A DNA stretch of 64,000 nt from Felis catus (Eukaryota). A model generated the notes under the pieces. That model was not told where the DNA came from. It saw nothing but the letters and a program-made list of their open reading frames with translations, and made no database searches. The DNA lies in assembly GCF_018350175.1 (NCBI RefSeq), contig NC_058376.1:134106001-134170000 (forward strand). Direction: 5' to 3'. Positions 36,958 through 47,959 of the stretch are shown piece by piece. Position numbers and translations under genes: made by a program. How positions within the stretch are numbered: the first letter of the stretch is position 1; each line of letters begins with the position of its first letter.

Positions 36958-37225
36958 CCCCATCGAGCTGTTTCTCACTTTTAAGCATTTGTTTATGCTG
37001 TCCCTTCCACCTGAAATTCAGATCCCCTTATTTAACTTGCTGACACTTACACCATTTTCTCTAGTCACTCACAGCTGACCCAGAGGGGAGTTCAGTACCT
37101 CTCCCTTAAGCTTACATACTACCCATCCACACCTCAACCACAGCACTGGATATGTTAGTTTGAAATTAATTATGTCAGTCTTTCCTGCTAGTTGATAAAC
37201 TTCTTGAGCATAAGGGCAATGACCC
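34575..37225 (+). mobile_element. Long, fragmented L2 (endonuclease region through 3' end)
   Basis: The sequence is pyrimidine-rich. Its translation PTMILGEVPI...SLDLSNDL...HPGHT resembles the L2 endonuclease. 3' motifs include ctccacagtgccgccagagtgatc and gataaacttcttgagcataaggg. Confidence 0.6.
36917..36954 (+). repeat. (CA)n microsatellite
   Basis: About 18 CA units. Confidence 0.97.
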
Positions 37226-37679
37226 TAAAACTTAATAGTCACCCTATTTTTAGGAGATCTCATCCACTCTTATGGATTTAAACAAGCAAATTAAAATAAA
37301 CTGGCCTAAATATTGAAAGGAATAAACAACTTCATTACTCCTGCATTTTTCCACATGTGCGCATATGTTTTATAACATCAGTGGAGGGACTGAAAGTGTG
37401 TAAGGGCTTCAGCGGCCAAAAATTCACCTGTTTTATGAAATTGATTTCAAAAAGTAGATCTCAGCATAGGAGACAGAATGATTAAATTACAAAATATACA
37501 GTTGTGATACACCAAAGTTAGGAGCAAATACTTAATTGTTTAAGACTACAGAAAATCAGAATATATTTCAACAGTTGTTTGCATTGGAATATTTTGTGAA
37601 AATATCCCAAACCATTTTTTTCTAAAAGAGTAAAACTCATTCCTTTTTTTTTAATTTACGTTCAAAAATTCATACTACT

Positions 37680-37721
37680 AACTAATTCGGATGTAAATTT
37701 TAAAAAATAAAAAATAAAAAA
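37680..37721 (+). mobile_element. 42-bp L1 3'-terminal stub with TSD
   Basis: aactaattcggatgtaaattttaaaaaataaaaaataaaaaa is flanked by a perfect 16-bp direct repeat, aaaaattcatactact, at 37664-37679 and 37722-37737. Confidence 0.75.
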
Positions 37722-38940
37722 AAAAATTCATACTACTTTAAAATGAGAGAGCAGTATTGAATATCCTAAAATTTAGTATCCATCAACACTACCCAAACAT
37801 CTTTCTCTACTTTCCAGATGTTACCTCTTATAATTTCCATGTTCTTACATGATTAGCTCTGACTCAGAAAGAAGGAACTTTCCACTTTGTCTGTCAAAAC
37901 CCAAACTATTTGACCTTCAAGGCACAGAAAAAACTCACAATTTTTAGATAAAATGTGGTGCTCCTGTCACTTATTCATTCAAGTAATTTTGGGGGAATTA
38001 AAAAAGTATAATCTAAAATTTTAAAGAATATTATTAGCGTTACCAGAGGCATAAGAAGAGCATCTGGCACAACTGGTATTCAGTGAGCAAATAAAGAGAG
38101 CCACAAAGCAATGGAACAGTCGAGATCATGAATGACTCCAGACAGTTTATGTTCTGCTGACAAAGTCCTACTCTTATGATAGTTTTTTTTTAATTTCCTA
38201 TTTAATCATCACTCTGTGCAGTCTTTCCTAATTATACTTTGGCTTACAAATCTTGTTTTGTGAACAGTGATTATTTTTCTGAGAAGGAAAACAATTTGAG
38301 GTATTTCGGAATTTAAAACATGCTCTGGTATTTTCTTCAAGCTGAAGATTACAAGAGTACTCACAACAGACAGACACTGGCTTTCCAGCTATGGCAAGCA
38401 TCCCAAGGTAGATCTGATGAGATAGGAATACGTCTACCATTTGGCAATGTACTGAGAAATACATTTGGCCAAAATATAACTGAGAAGAAGTTAAAATATC
38501 TTTAAATGTAATATTTATTTTTTATTGGCAAGTTGTTGATACTACAAAAATAGCTCCAATCGCCTGATAAATATCTTTGAATACTCCCCCTACCTGTCAG
38601 AAGGTGGAGCTCTAAACATATCTGAAATATTGGCTTTTCATATGTGCTTTTCACAAATGTGTGTAATGAGGAGATTAAAGCAGGAGTAAAGTCTTTGGAA
38701 AAATAGTTCTGAAGAATATTCCAATTCCCTCAGGATAAAATCACCCACATCTCCCAATATGTACATAGTTAACTAACAAAAAAGATATTTAGTATGCTCC
38801 TTTGAAACTTCAATATATTACCTACTATAAAAAGGTAGGTATGGTAATTCAGAATAAAAGATAAAATATATTTAAAAGATAAAACAATTTAAAAACTCAG
38901 GACCACCTACTTGAATGTAGGCAAGGTCATTAACACTTAC

Positions 38941-39083
38941 AAGCATCTCGGATGTAGAGTAACATGGCTATGAAGATATAATCAACTAAACTCAGGCTGA
39001 GGCCATCTGCAAACAAGGCATCCCAGACCACCAGAAGATCCTGCAGGGGGAACTCTCGTCCAAACAGTAGCCGGACCCACCGT
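38941..39083 (-). CDS. TBC1D5: TBC1D5 internal coding exon (143 nt, phase 2 in, phase 1 out), C-terminal part of the TBC/Rab-GAP domain
   Basis: The minus strand reads tttgtttctctgcag|A CGG TGG GTC...GAT GCT T|gtaagt. It encodes RWVRLLFGREFPLQDLLVVWDALFADGLSLSLVDYIFIAMLLYIRDA, which I recognise as TBC1D5. AG/GT sites are canonical. It is absent from the ORF track. Confidence 0.97.
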
Positions 39084-40894
39084 CTGCAGAGAAACAAAAC
39101 CAAAATTCAGAAAATAGTACTTTTGAGAGTAATATAAGGAAGAGTCATTTTCTACTATAACTGTGAAAAAAATTATAATTTTTTTAACTGATCACACTGA
39201 GCAAATATTACATACTGAAAATATAATACAGTAAAATCCAAGTTTCAAGCTTTCAGATCAATTTTGTAATTTTGTAACTGGGCCACAATCATTAAAGTCT
39301 ATTCCTATATGTATAAAACACTAGCAGAATATTTGAAAAGGGTAGAAATCTTTCATATTTAACAGAAATCCCAAAGTCAAAATGCAAAAAGGACAGTGAA
39401 TGCACACTGGTCTGACAGTCACATCATATGTAAGGTTAGGATTAAAAAATAGAATTTTCCAAAATTTTATGAAAACTACTGATTTTGTTATTGTTGTTGT
39501 TATTGTTGTTAACTGGAATTTTGCAAATGATTGTACGTACAACAAATTAACTATAGCTAAACAGAAAACTGCATTCTCACATTTCACTCTTTAAAATATT
39601 CATTTTAAAATTAAATGTGGGAAAAAACAGGTATCTTTATTTTGGTCAAGCATAGATAGTTATTTCAAGCAAAACAAATAGTGATACTTTATTTTTAACT
39701 TTAGAATAGATATACCTCATCAGTGAGGTTATCTTTTTAGGGATGTTCTAAAATACATGGCCAGGAAAATGGGACATCTGTGCTATAAGTAGACATAATC
39801 AGCTTATAAGAATACTCAACAAGGTCTGTATATAATTATATGTCATAAACAGTTATACTTTCAACTTTCAATAAATGCCTGTAAGCTATTCATAAGTAAT
39901 TCTTACAAGAAAATTAAAATAATTCACTTTGATATGCTTTTATCCATTTACCTCTAATTTTATATAACACGGCTACACTTTCCTTACACAAGACTTTGTC
40001 CAGGAATTTCAGCTAGAATTCTATGTGGTTCTGGCACATAACAAAGAAACAAAAATTCCAAATTTCGAGTATTCCAAATAGTACAGAATAGAGGAAATTC
40101 TTTAAAAAATAGTTAAAAGTGATCACCTCTTTGCAAAATTAGAAACCAAATATAACCATCTGTGGGGTTAAAGTGAGTCCTCCCCGCCAAAAAATTCAAA
40201 TACTTTCTTCAGGGAGTATTATATTTAAGGATGAGTCAAAGCTGTGACAATATAGTGTATAATCACACATATGTATCACAGTTATTAGGAACCATATGAT
40301 CAAATACTTAAGTTTCATTCATATTATCAAATTAATCAACAGATTAAATTGCATTTTCAGTTACATCTTAAATTATGATACTCAATTTTTCAGGAAAAAG
40401 ATTTAAAGCCTAAGTAACATTATCTTTTTAAAAGTGTAACAGTATCATTTACAATTTTTATCTATCTTTCAATTCTCACTCCACTGCTAATATGAGGCGT
40501 CTAAATATATATATATATTTTTTGGTCTAATATTATTTGTAGTTGTGTGGCTTCAGGAAAAATATTACTTCTCTACACACTTCTAACTCTTTCAAATTAC
40601 AAATGCCAATATTTACTATTTTCAGAAGTACAAAAATATCTCTAAATTAAATAGGTTGCTCTTCTTGAAATGACAAAGAACCAACGAGTCTCACAAGGAG
40701 GATCAGGGGAACCAGAGAATGAGCAAATCAAAAAGCACCTGGATTCAACCATTTTAGCGACCTGTTTAAAAACAGGATCTTTAAACTGATAATTACATAT
40801 GTATTATTAAATGAGTAAAACAGTTGGAATGTGGTCATTTACAGTTATTCAGCTGATACAACTGGAAGAAAAATTAATGAAAAAACTGGATCTA

Positions 40895-41150
40895 AAGTGT
40901 AACATGTTGATTGTAGTTGATAACACTGTATTGTATAATCAAAATTTGCCAAGAGAACTAAAATATCCTCACCAAAAATAAATGAATGAATGAATCAATA
41001 TAATATGTGAGATGATGGATGTGTTTGCAAGATGGGAAAAACCCCTTCACAATGTACACATACATCAAATCGTTACAATGTACACTTTAAATATCATAAT
41101 TTTATCTGCCAATTATACTTCAATAAAGCTGAAAAATAAAAATAAATAAG
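40895..41150 (+). mobile_element. Old L1 3' end (L1MB-like)
   Basis: gatggatgtgttt...ccttcacaatgtacacatacatcaaatc...tgtacactttaaatat...caattatacttcaataaagctgaaaaa. Confidence 0.85.
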
Positions 41151-41273
41151 AATTATCCTGGTTTGATGGATAGGCAAATTTTGGCATTTTTGAAATATAA
41201 AATTCTGACATTTAACTGATCCTTCCTGGTTCAAATCTGGATGCCAGTATAAAATTCAAGAATCACACCTATA

Positions 41274-41342
41274 TGATGGCATTAGCTACACTTGAGGTAA
41301 GCATAAGCATAATGTATAAACTTGTCCAATCACAATGTTGTA
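41274..41342 (+). mobile_element. Tailless internal fragment of a carnivore L1 3' UTR, with TSD
   Basis: tagctacacttgaggtaagcataagcataatgtataaacttgtccaatcacaatgttgta lies between two copies of aagaat(c/t)acacctata at 41258-41273 and 41343-41358. Confidence 0.6.
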
Positions 41343-42126
41343 AAGAATTACACCTATAAAATGGTACTATGCCTTGACCTTGCTTCTTTCATTCATGGAG
41401 GTTATTTTAATACTTTCCTTATTTGAGTAAGCCTATTTAATAACTATGGATGGTATTTCCTGGAAGACATTACTTTTCGTTAGCCTTCTTATGTGTAGAG
41501 GAAAAATGTTCTGTGTGTTTTTCCTGCTATCTCCTATTAAAAGCAAAATGACTGTTGAAAAAAGCTGACATCATCCATCATGCTATAACAGACATCATTT
41601 AGCAAAAAAAGAAAAAAAAACTGAGGAAAGTTAATAGATACCACGGAGAATACAATACTATCTCTTTGCCCCTTGCTTAAAGCTCAGTCCTCTCATTTTC
41701 TTATGGACAGTTGCATTGTTAGTTTCATCACAGATGGTGCTTCAAGAGCGAAAAAAAAAATTAGCCTCTCTTTTTAAAGAAATAAGATATACATTCCTAT
41801 TATTTCTATAACAAAATGCCCAAACTTCTCACGCAACTTTCCTGCTGATTAGGGTTGTGTTAGCTTAGCTTCGGCGATGACACCCCACTCATGCCTACAT
41901 GCAACCATCTCGGCTGTGGCACTGTCAGGAGGGACAGCTGTAAATATCTCACAATCTACATTGAATAAAACATATCATCAAAACTGCATAGAACGTAGGT
42001 CTTCAGTACTTTTAGATTCAATGTGTAATCTGTGATGTGCTGCTTTATAAATGTTTCACAGTGCTTTATTTTTGAAGTTTCACCTTGCCAAGTACACTGC
42101 TAAATAATTCCAGGGCAAGGACCAAA

Positions 42127-42148
42127 ACGTGCATGCGTGCGCGCATGC

Positions 42149-42184
<36 letters not shown>

Positions 42185-42215
42185 GACAGAGACAGAGAGA
42201 GACAGAGAGAGATAG
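42127..42215 (+). repeat. Alternating purine-pyrimidine tract including (TG)n, followed by a GA-rich repeat
   Basis: acgtgcatgcgtgcgcgcatgcgtgcg(tg)n runs to 42179, then gagacagagacagagagagacag. Confidence 0.95.
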
Positions 42216-44667
42216 ATATCCAGAAAGTTCTTTGCAAAGAGCTCTGTACACTTTGCTAAGTGCTCTAAGTGTTTACCAAGGTCTTGATAAACTCACTGCA
42301 AAGCCACCTGTCATGCTACCGAGAGGCAAAGGTGTAGCTAAATTGAAAGTACAGGCAGTGATCTTGTTAGTGGCGGCATAAAAATAATTCAGGAAGTGGA
42401 AAAAAAAACAGAAACACATAAGGAAAAGAATTTATTATTAGATGCCTGGCATGTTTCTTTTATATAAGACTGCTAGTAAGTTGTATATGCAAGGATATAA
42501 AATTAAAGCAAACCCAGTTTCCTCTATTTTATATGCGATTATAGGAAAATTAAAGCCAAATTCTCAAAATATTTAAGTAGTACTGTATGACTAATGGAAT
42601 GCTTTGGGACCAACAATGACCTTATCAATAATTTAATCATTTTAATCCCTACTGGATTTAGTTCATACATATATTCACCACATACAAAATTTCCTGTGCT
42701 ATTTTGGGCTTTCTTCATTGAGCTTAAAAGCCAAGGAAAAACTCCGTTCTTTATGGAATGAGTTACCAACAGAAATTATTTCAGTAAGCTTTTGTATTCT
42801 TAGAAAGGAAAACTTACTCGAAGAAATGAGGTCTTATAAAGAAGTCACTCCTAAAATTAACATGCTTTTATTGCAGTTAAAAATATTTAGCGTGAGTTTA
42901 ATTTACACTTAAGGGTAGCATTAAGGCTTTCTTTTCCCCTTAAAGATAGCTTCAGTTTAATTGCTTGATACTATTAATCTTGCTTTAGGTATGTTACACC
43001 TGCAGATTGCAATGCTCATAATCGTACACATTTTATCACTTGTGATAATACAATAATTCACATTTTACCAGACCGACTTAGAATTAAAATCTACAAAAAC
43101 AAAAAAGACCATATGAGGTATTAAATTTAATAATAAACCACCCAAAGACAGGACAGTTTCTATGCCTGCTCTTATAACACGATTCTCAATTTAAAATTTC
43201 TGTGTAATTAAGCTGCTATCCCCAGGGGATCAGTAACTCCTGATGGTATTATTGCTTGGTGAATGACCCATGGAAACACCAAGAGAAATCCATTTTTTTA
43301 GCAGTTTATGAAAATGACCAATTTGAGGTTTAACTAAACATAGCCTTCATCCAACATGGCTGAGGTAGGTTATATGTGCAGAAAGAAACACATATCTATC
43401 TTCCTTTCCTTTTCTTTTTCCTTTAATGACCCTTTAGTGAGATATAGGTATAGCCAGCTTAGAAGAACAAGTAAAATTAAAAAAAGGTACATTTGACTTA
43501 ATTTAACAAACATCATAAAGGCATCTCAAGCAACCTGTGATCACCAAATGACAGCACTGGGTAACCATACTGGAACACAAGAGAACAAAGTCAGATTTTT
43601 GTTTAATGATATTAATTTTGCTTTTTTGCTTTCTGTTCACCTGTACTTTTCAAAGTAATTAATTCATTTTTAAATAACCCATGCCTGGTAGAGGATAAAC
43701 CCAGAATCCAAATTCTGTATTAGTATCAGAGAAAAACAACAGCAAACCAAGTACTCCTATCCGTGGTTGGCAGCTCCTTGAAGAAGTTGAGGCTCTTCTT
43801 ATTTGGGTTCCTTTGTACTCAGTTCTTTTAAAATTAATTTACCCTGAGTTTTCCTTTACATCAACCTGTGAAAATAGTCTTAAAATCAGAACCAAATATT
43901 ACAGTTATTATAATTAGGGTCACAAGGCATTCTCATCTTTAATTCTAACTTCTTTGAAGAGCGACAAAGGATGGAAACCAAAATAAAGCATTTTTTCCCA
44001 ATTTCACATTCTTCTAACAGTGCTGCAGAATATATCACTGGAAGCTGCTTAGTCTGTTTATTAATTTTTTTTCTTTATCTAGTACTATTTCAACTCAGTC
44101 CTCTTAAAAATGTTTGGGATCTGCATGTGTCACAGAAAGATTTGAATACTTCAAGCCCATTAAACTCTGCTTCAAAAGTAAAAGGAACAGAAACTTTGAG
44201 TTAGTTATTATCTTTAAACAACTCAAATGTGCTTTCTATGGGCTCCTTGTAATCCATGGGTTGAACCCAGACTGAATTTGGCTTTCTGGGAAAACATGTT
44301 AAACTTAATTTAACCCCCACAGGATATGTATGCAAACTGTTAAAAGTACATTTTTAACTTTGGGGAAATCCTCTATTCTTTTCAGAGGGCAGTACATAGC
44401 CCTTTATTAAGGAAGGTTTCTTATTCCCAGAATAAGTTCCTAATAATTACCACCCATTCCTACTATAATTTATTCTCTTTGGCAAATGTTTGAAACCATT
44501 TTGTCAGAACAACTGTAAAGACCCTTTGCAAAAATAGTCTGAATGGAAAATAGAGCTGTGTATCTATGTTTTTCAGAGGTATAAGATGCTCACGAGAATG
44601 CTGAGCACAGAAGATGACTATCTTATGTTTAGAGGTTGTAAAATCTTTGAGTATTTTCTCTCACACT

Positions 44668-44670
<3 letters not shown>

Positions 44671-44710
<40 letters not shown>
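44671..44710 (+). repeat. (AC)20 microsatellite
   Basis: Read directly from the sequence. Confidence 0.97.
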
Positions 44711-44712
<2 letters not shown>

Positions 44713-44728
44713 ATATACCCCTTTAAAA

Positions 44729-44829
44729 TTTTTTTTTAAGTAGGCTCCATTCCCAATGTGGGGCTCAAACTCACGGCCTTGAGACTAAGAGCCACACATG
44801 CTCTGCCAACTGAGCCAGCCAGGCACCCC
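44729..44829 (-). mobile_element. Short tRNA-Lys-like carnivore SINE
   Basis: ttttttttaagtaggctccattcccaatgtggggctcaaactcacggccttgagactaagag...ctgagccagccaggcacccc. Confidence 0.82.
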
Positions 44830-46410
44830 CACACACCCCTCTTTTTTTTTTTTTAATGTATACGTGCTATTTGGTTTACAACTATGGTATTTCAAGGACT
44901 GAGGAATTTTAGGATGTGTGATTTACCAGCAATTCAAATAAAGCTAGTAAAAGATGGTATTACTTCAATAGACATTTAGTTGTATGAGTAGGATGTGCTC
45001 TCTTTGAGAATTCTATTGTATATTCCAACCAGTATAGAGTTAGAATTTTAGCTCTACCTTGAGAAGACTATGGGGGTAAAAGTTGGTGAGAACTTTTTTT
45101 TTTTTTTTTTTTTTTTTACCCTATCACTTACTTGGGCTCCACTACAAGTGAGTACTACTGGGCATCTGCTTGAGGAAATCACTTGGAAGCCACTACTGCC
45201 TTATAAGAACAACATGAAGTATTAATGCACATTTGGTGGTCATGTAGGGAAAATTAACTTTAGGCTCTGTGAATACTAGTCTTTATTCACACTAGAGACT
45301 ATTTTTACTTACAGAAAGTTTGTAAATAGCCTTTGTTCTGTCGTTTTACCTCAGGAAAGGAAGTTATGACCAAATCAGTCTTCTAAAAGAGCATACAGAC
45401 AATTGCTAAAAATAATTGCTCCTATCCTCCCTAATCTGAAACTCATTAAAAAAAACCAAACTTGTGTTACTTTTATTTTTAATTGTCACAGACCATTTCA
45501 AATACCATTAGGATCTTAACCTCACTGAGTAACACTTTTCAATTTCCTCTGCATAAATCTCCTAATATATTTACACACATTGTTGGAAGAACTGACATGA
45601 GGCATAACACCAAGCGGAAAAATATCAGGATCTATGCAATTCAGGAAACAGGTAAGACCACAAGTCTGTTAGCTGGTAATATGTCATCAAGAAAGTCTGA
45701 CTGAATTCATTCCAAAAAGGTAGCAGTGGTGCCGGATTCCTTTTGACCTCTTCTCACTTACCTATTGCTCTAAACACCCTCTGGGATTGGTTTTACTGGC
45801 TCTGTCCTCTTTCTCTTCTTCCTGATCCCACAAGTCGCCCTAACCCTGCCTGGCTGCTCAGAAGCTAGGACAGGTACTTCACTCAGGGCGGATGTTTGGA
45901 AGTTCCATTATCTACTGGTGTCACTGCTGCCCAATTACGTTTTCCAGAGGTGAGGTGCTGCTAAGCAAATTTGAGCTGAAGGGTTAGTTACTGGTAGTTT
46001 GGTTTGGCTTCATTCCCTTCTCCAGCAGATCACAAGCTCCTTGGGGACATTCAGTATTGGACACAAAGTAGGGCATTAACAAAGTTTATTAAATTAATAT
46101 GAATTCTCCTCCCCAGTCAGCTCTTCTTAGCCAGGGGTCTTCTTGATCTTGACCCTACATCCTTGTTCTCTCACAGGTTTCCTAGCTGCTAAGTAGACAT
46201 TTCCCTAAGTTTTGTTTTGTTTTGTTTTTTAATCTCTGTGGGAATCCCTGGATATACACATTAAATAGTAAGTGATCACACCTATGTAAGAATTGATCAA
46301 GACCTCCTAAGACTTCCTGGACTTCCCCCTACATTTCCTGAGCTCTGGCTCCCTGCTTGCTCATACCTCACATGCTTCTGAGCTGGAACCTATAGTCTAC
46401 GAAAACCTTG

Positions 46411-46796
46411 GTACTCTGAGTATGATCGTAGGACCAGGATCATCTCCTGGGAGCTTGTCAGAAATGCAGACTCCTAGGCCTCTAATATAATCTTATTGAA
46501 ATCAGAATCTTCATTTCAATTTTTTTTAATGTTTATTTATTTTTGAGAAGAGAGAGACAGAGCATGAGTGGGGGAGGAGAGAGAAAGAGGGAGACACAGA
46601 ATCTGAAACAGGCTCCAGGCTCTGAGCTGTCAGCACAGAGCCCGACGTGGGGCTCGAACTCACGGACAGTGACATCATGACCTGAGCCGAAGTCGGATGC
46701 TTAACCGACTGAGCCACCCAGGTGCCCCAGAATCTTCATTTTAATAACATCTCCAGGGGGTCAGTGTGTATATTAAAGTTTGAGAGCAGTGGTCTA
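46411..46796 (+). mobile_element. MER5A-like hAT MITE split by a SINE
   Basis: catctcctgggagcttgtcagaaatgcagactc...aatcagaatct[SINE]ttttaataacatctccaggggg...taaagtttgagagcagtgg. Confidence 0.8.
46517..46728 (-). mobile_element. Can-SINE (SINEC_Fc-like)
   Basis: The TSD agaatcttcattt is at 46504-46516 and 46729-46741. Confidence 0.95.
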
Positions 46797-46929
46797 GGTG
46801 ACAAATTCCTGTTTCCTGTCCATTTTAAGGTGCCAGCTATCAGGCTCCTGAAATCTACCATGCATTCATATAAATTGTTATCCCAGGAGAAGAAAAGTCT
46901 TACACTATTGAATGACCCTTCTAATTAGA

Positions 46930-47110
46930 GTAGTAGTCTCACACTTTAGCATGTATCAGACTAGCCTGGAGGGCTTATTAAAACACACATTGCTAAAACT
47001 CAAACTTTTCATTCTGATTCTGAGATTCAGGTGGGGCCTGATAATTGGATCTTCAACTTGCTCCCTAAAGTAGCTGATGCTGCTGATCTGGGTGCCACAG
47101 TAAGAGAATT
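46930..47110 (-). mobile_element. MER5A-like hAT MITE
   Basis: tctcacactttagcatgtatcagactagcctggagggcttattaaaacacacattgct...gctgatgctgctgatctggg. Confidence 0.8.
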
Positions 47111-47959
47111 AGGACAGGCAATTCTGGTTTCTCTCTGCATCTCCTTAGCTCGGTTCTGGATGTGGGTCTTCAAATCAGTTTACTCATGTGTTCAGTCACT
47201 GGATCAACAACCACTAAACATCTACTGTCTGGGACCAAAAGCACCCAGAGCCAAACACCTCTTAATATTCTATCTCTGTTAACATCTATATTCCCCCATA
47301 ACCACCCCCCCACCACACACACACACAAAACACTATGAAAACATTAGCCAATAAAAAGGAGAGACATAGACATAGGAGACAGGGAAGCCTCCCAAAGGTT
47401 GGGAGAAGTTAGGCTGCTTTGATTTTTTTTTTTTTTTTTTTAACTCTCAGTGTATTATATGAAGAAATGCCAAAACAAGGCTATAAAAATTGTGACATTT
47501 TAAATGCTAACATTTACAAGTCAATGTTTTTTAAAGATAAATTTACTATGATAGATAGATATAATCTCACTTGAAGCCAGAGTAAGCACTCTAAATTTGA
47601 GGCCCTCTGTGCTTAGTCTTGAGCTAATGGCTTTCCTGGGCCTCTTGTGATTGGTTCTAATGAGGTAAGAGAGTTGGGACATGATAGGACATGGCTGATT
47701 AGCTAAGTGCAAAGAGACAGAGCCCAGGAGGGAAGTGGCCCAATCCTGGGTGTGGGTCCTCAAATCAGAGAATCCCAATGCCATCAGGACCCAAAAGGTC
47801 ATTCTCTTATTTCCCATGCAGAAGCCGTACAATACTGGGAGCGTGGCTGAATGGTCATCTCTTTGGTGTTTATTCTGCTTCACCTGTGAGCTGTTCTCAT
47901 TCTAAGGTTCTGTACAATTAACTTGCTCAGACAGATCTGTCTTTAGAAAAAACATGCAT

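Larger units (their letters stand above)
16449..38940 (-). other. TBC1D5: TBC1D5 intron (22,492 nt, GT-AG)
   Basis: Bounded by donor gtaagt at 38940 and acceptor ag at 16450-16449 (minus strand). The flanking exon phases are compatible. Confidence 0.93.

Noticed and set aside
44729-44829. tRNA gene (also 21931-22065 and the SINE heads)
   Set aside because: These are tRNA-derived SINE sequences with A tails and degenerate stems, not intact tRNAs.
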